From Catajapyx aquilonaris (lineage: Eukaryota): a stretch of DNA of 64,000 nt. Below the pieces are notes generated by a model. The model worked only from the letters and a program-made list of their open reading frames with translations, was not told the origin of the DNA and searched no databases. Location: contig JYFJ02000421.1 of the NCBI GenBank assembly GCA_000934665.2, forward strand, positions 62,001 to 126,000, written 5' to 3'. Of the stretch, positions 62,783 through 64,000 are shown in pieces. The translations under genes were made by a program, and so were the position numbers. Every line of letters starts with the position of its first letter. Position 1 is the stretch's first letter.

Positions 62783-64000
62783 TATAACAGCCTATATATA
62801 ACACGACTTCTAATCAAGGGGAGAAAAAATTTTATTACCAAATTGTGAATGACAATATTGATATTGTTGCGGACATTCAATTTGTTCCGTCATATATGGA
62901 AAAAAAATAACATTTTACATACATTGCTGGTGAGACTCGTTTAAATCAACTGAATTAAAATCATGTTCGGTGGACTATAGCCTGCATCCAACATACCAAC
63001 AATATAAAAGTAATTTCAGACCTTTCCGCGAATTCTGTTGTTATTAACTTGCAAGACCATGAAAGCCTGTCTTGTATACCTCATCCCTTACCAAATAGCA
63101 GTCCACATATTTGTACAGTTCACACGATATGTTGCGTCCCATACAAAATAATATTCCTTCTATTGATCTACTTCCCAAGATTGGTTCTGGACATGCTTCA
63201 ATTTGTACGAAGAATGACGCGCTGGACAAACTGAATTTGCAGACTCATTGTAATAGCAATCAAATTTTAGAGTAACTTTTAAATTGTCTATAACATAACT
63301 CATTGATTTGTGTTGGAAAACTGCAACCCAACCTCTTCACGCATATCCGATGATTTTTACAACTTATAAGTATATGTGTTGTTTAGTTAATTAATTAAAA
63401 TCAACTTCCGTATGCTTAGACTTGAATGAGAACTAAATGACAGCATTTATCTGGCATAGACCTCTAGTGATATGCTGGATTTGAGAATACAGTTACAACC
63501 CTCTTCAACCTATAAATTACAAGTAGAATATTATCAAACACTAATGACACCTTCCAGAGACATCAAATTATAGACCACCCGGTATTATTATACACGTCCA
63601 CAGGAGGAATCAGCCATACGCCGGAATCAGAGCTTGTTATCGGCGCCTTGTTGCTTACCTAATCAGGGTAAAACTAGGTCTGGGAATTTCAGTTTATGTA
63701 ATTTGGGATGGCCAGACGTTTCACATGCAGGGTAATTTCATTCTTCGGGGAGCTGGCAGTGGGCCCGAAATATTGGCCGGGGTTTGGAAATATGAGGGAA
63801 CTGCATCAGGAACCCTCCCATTTGAATTCCACTCAACTCACATGAGGTCAGAAATCTGCATCTCTCTCACCCAAAAATTAACTAGACCTCCCTTTTTCAG
63901 GCCATCATCCAAATCCCCTCGCGTACCTATCTGCTTGCATATTTCCCCCATCCTAAGTTCCCCTCCAGTTAAGAGACGAGCATCCAGCTCATTTGTTCCA

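Overview
Eukaryotic (metazoan, probably invertebrate) non-coding DNA, either intergenic or a very large intron. No intact protein-coding gene, rRNA, bona fide tRNA or CRISPR array is supportable, and almost all ORFs in the track look spurious. What can be read directly is a transposon landscape. (1) A 3.16-kb decayed Academ DNA transposon (56659-59819) has ~630-bp TIRs, a 3-bp TGT TSD and transposase/XPG-like nuclease remnants; an internal ~390-bp block is inverted and abuts a small MITE. (2) About a dozen palindromic MITE/foldback elements (Tc1/mariner-, pogo-, PIF/Harbinger-, hAT-like and unclassified). (3) Three tRNA-derived SINE families (10 copies, six with readable TSDs), one carrying a V-SINE-type central domain. 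The three families appear to share and swap structured 3' tails. Between TE clusters lie unique blocks, several GC-rich, with YY1/Pho-, Su(H)-, nuclear-receptor- and CTCF-like motifs, compatible with but not proving a regulatory landscape. I found no convincing novel gene system. The most interesting signals are the modular SINE tails and the rearranged Academ element. All family assignments come from motif recall and reading by eye, not database searches.
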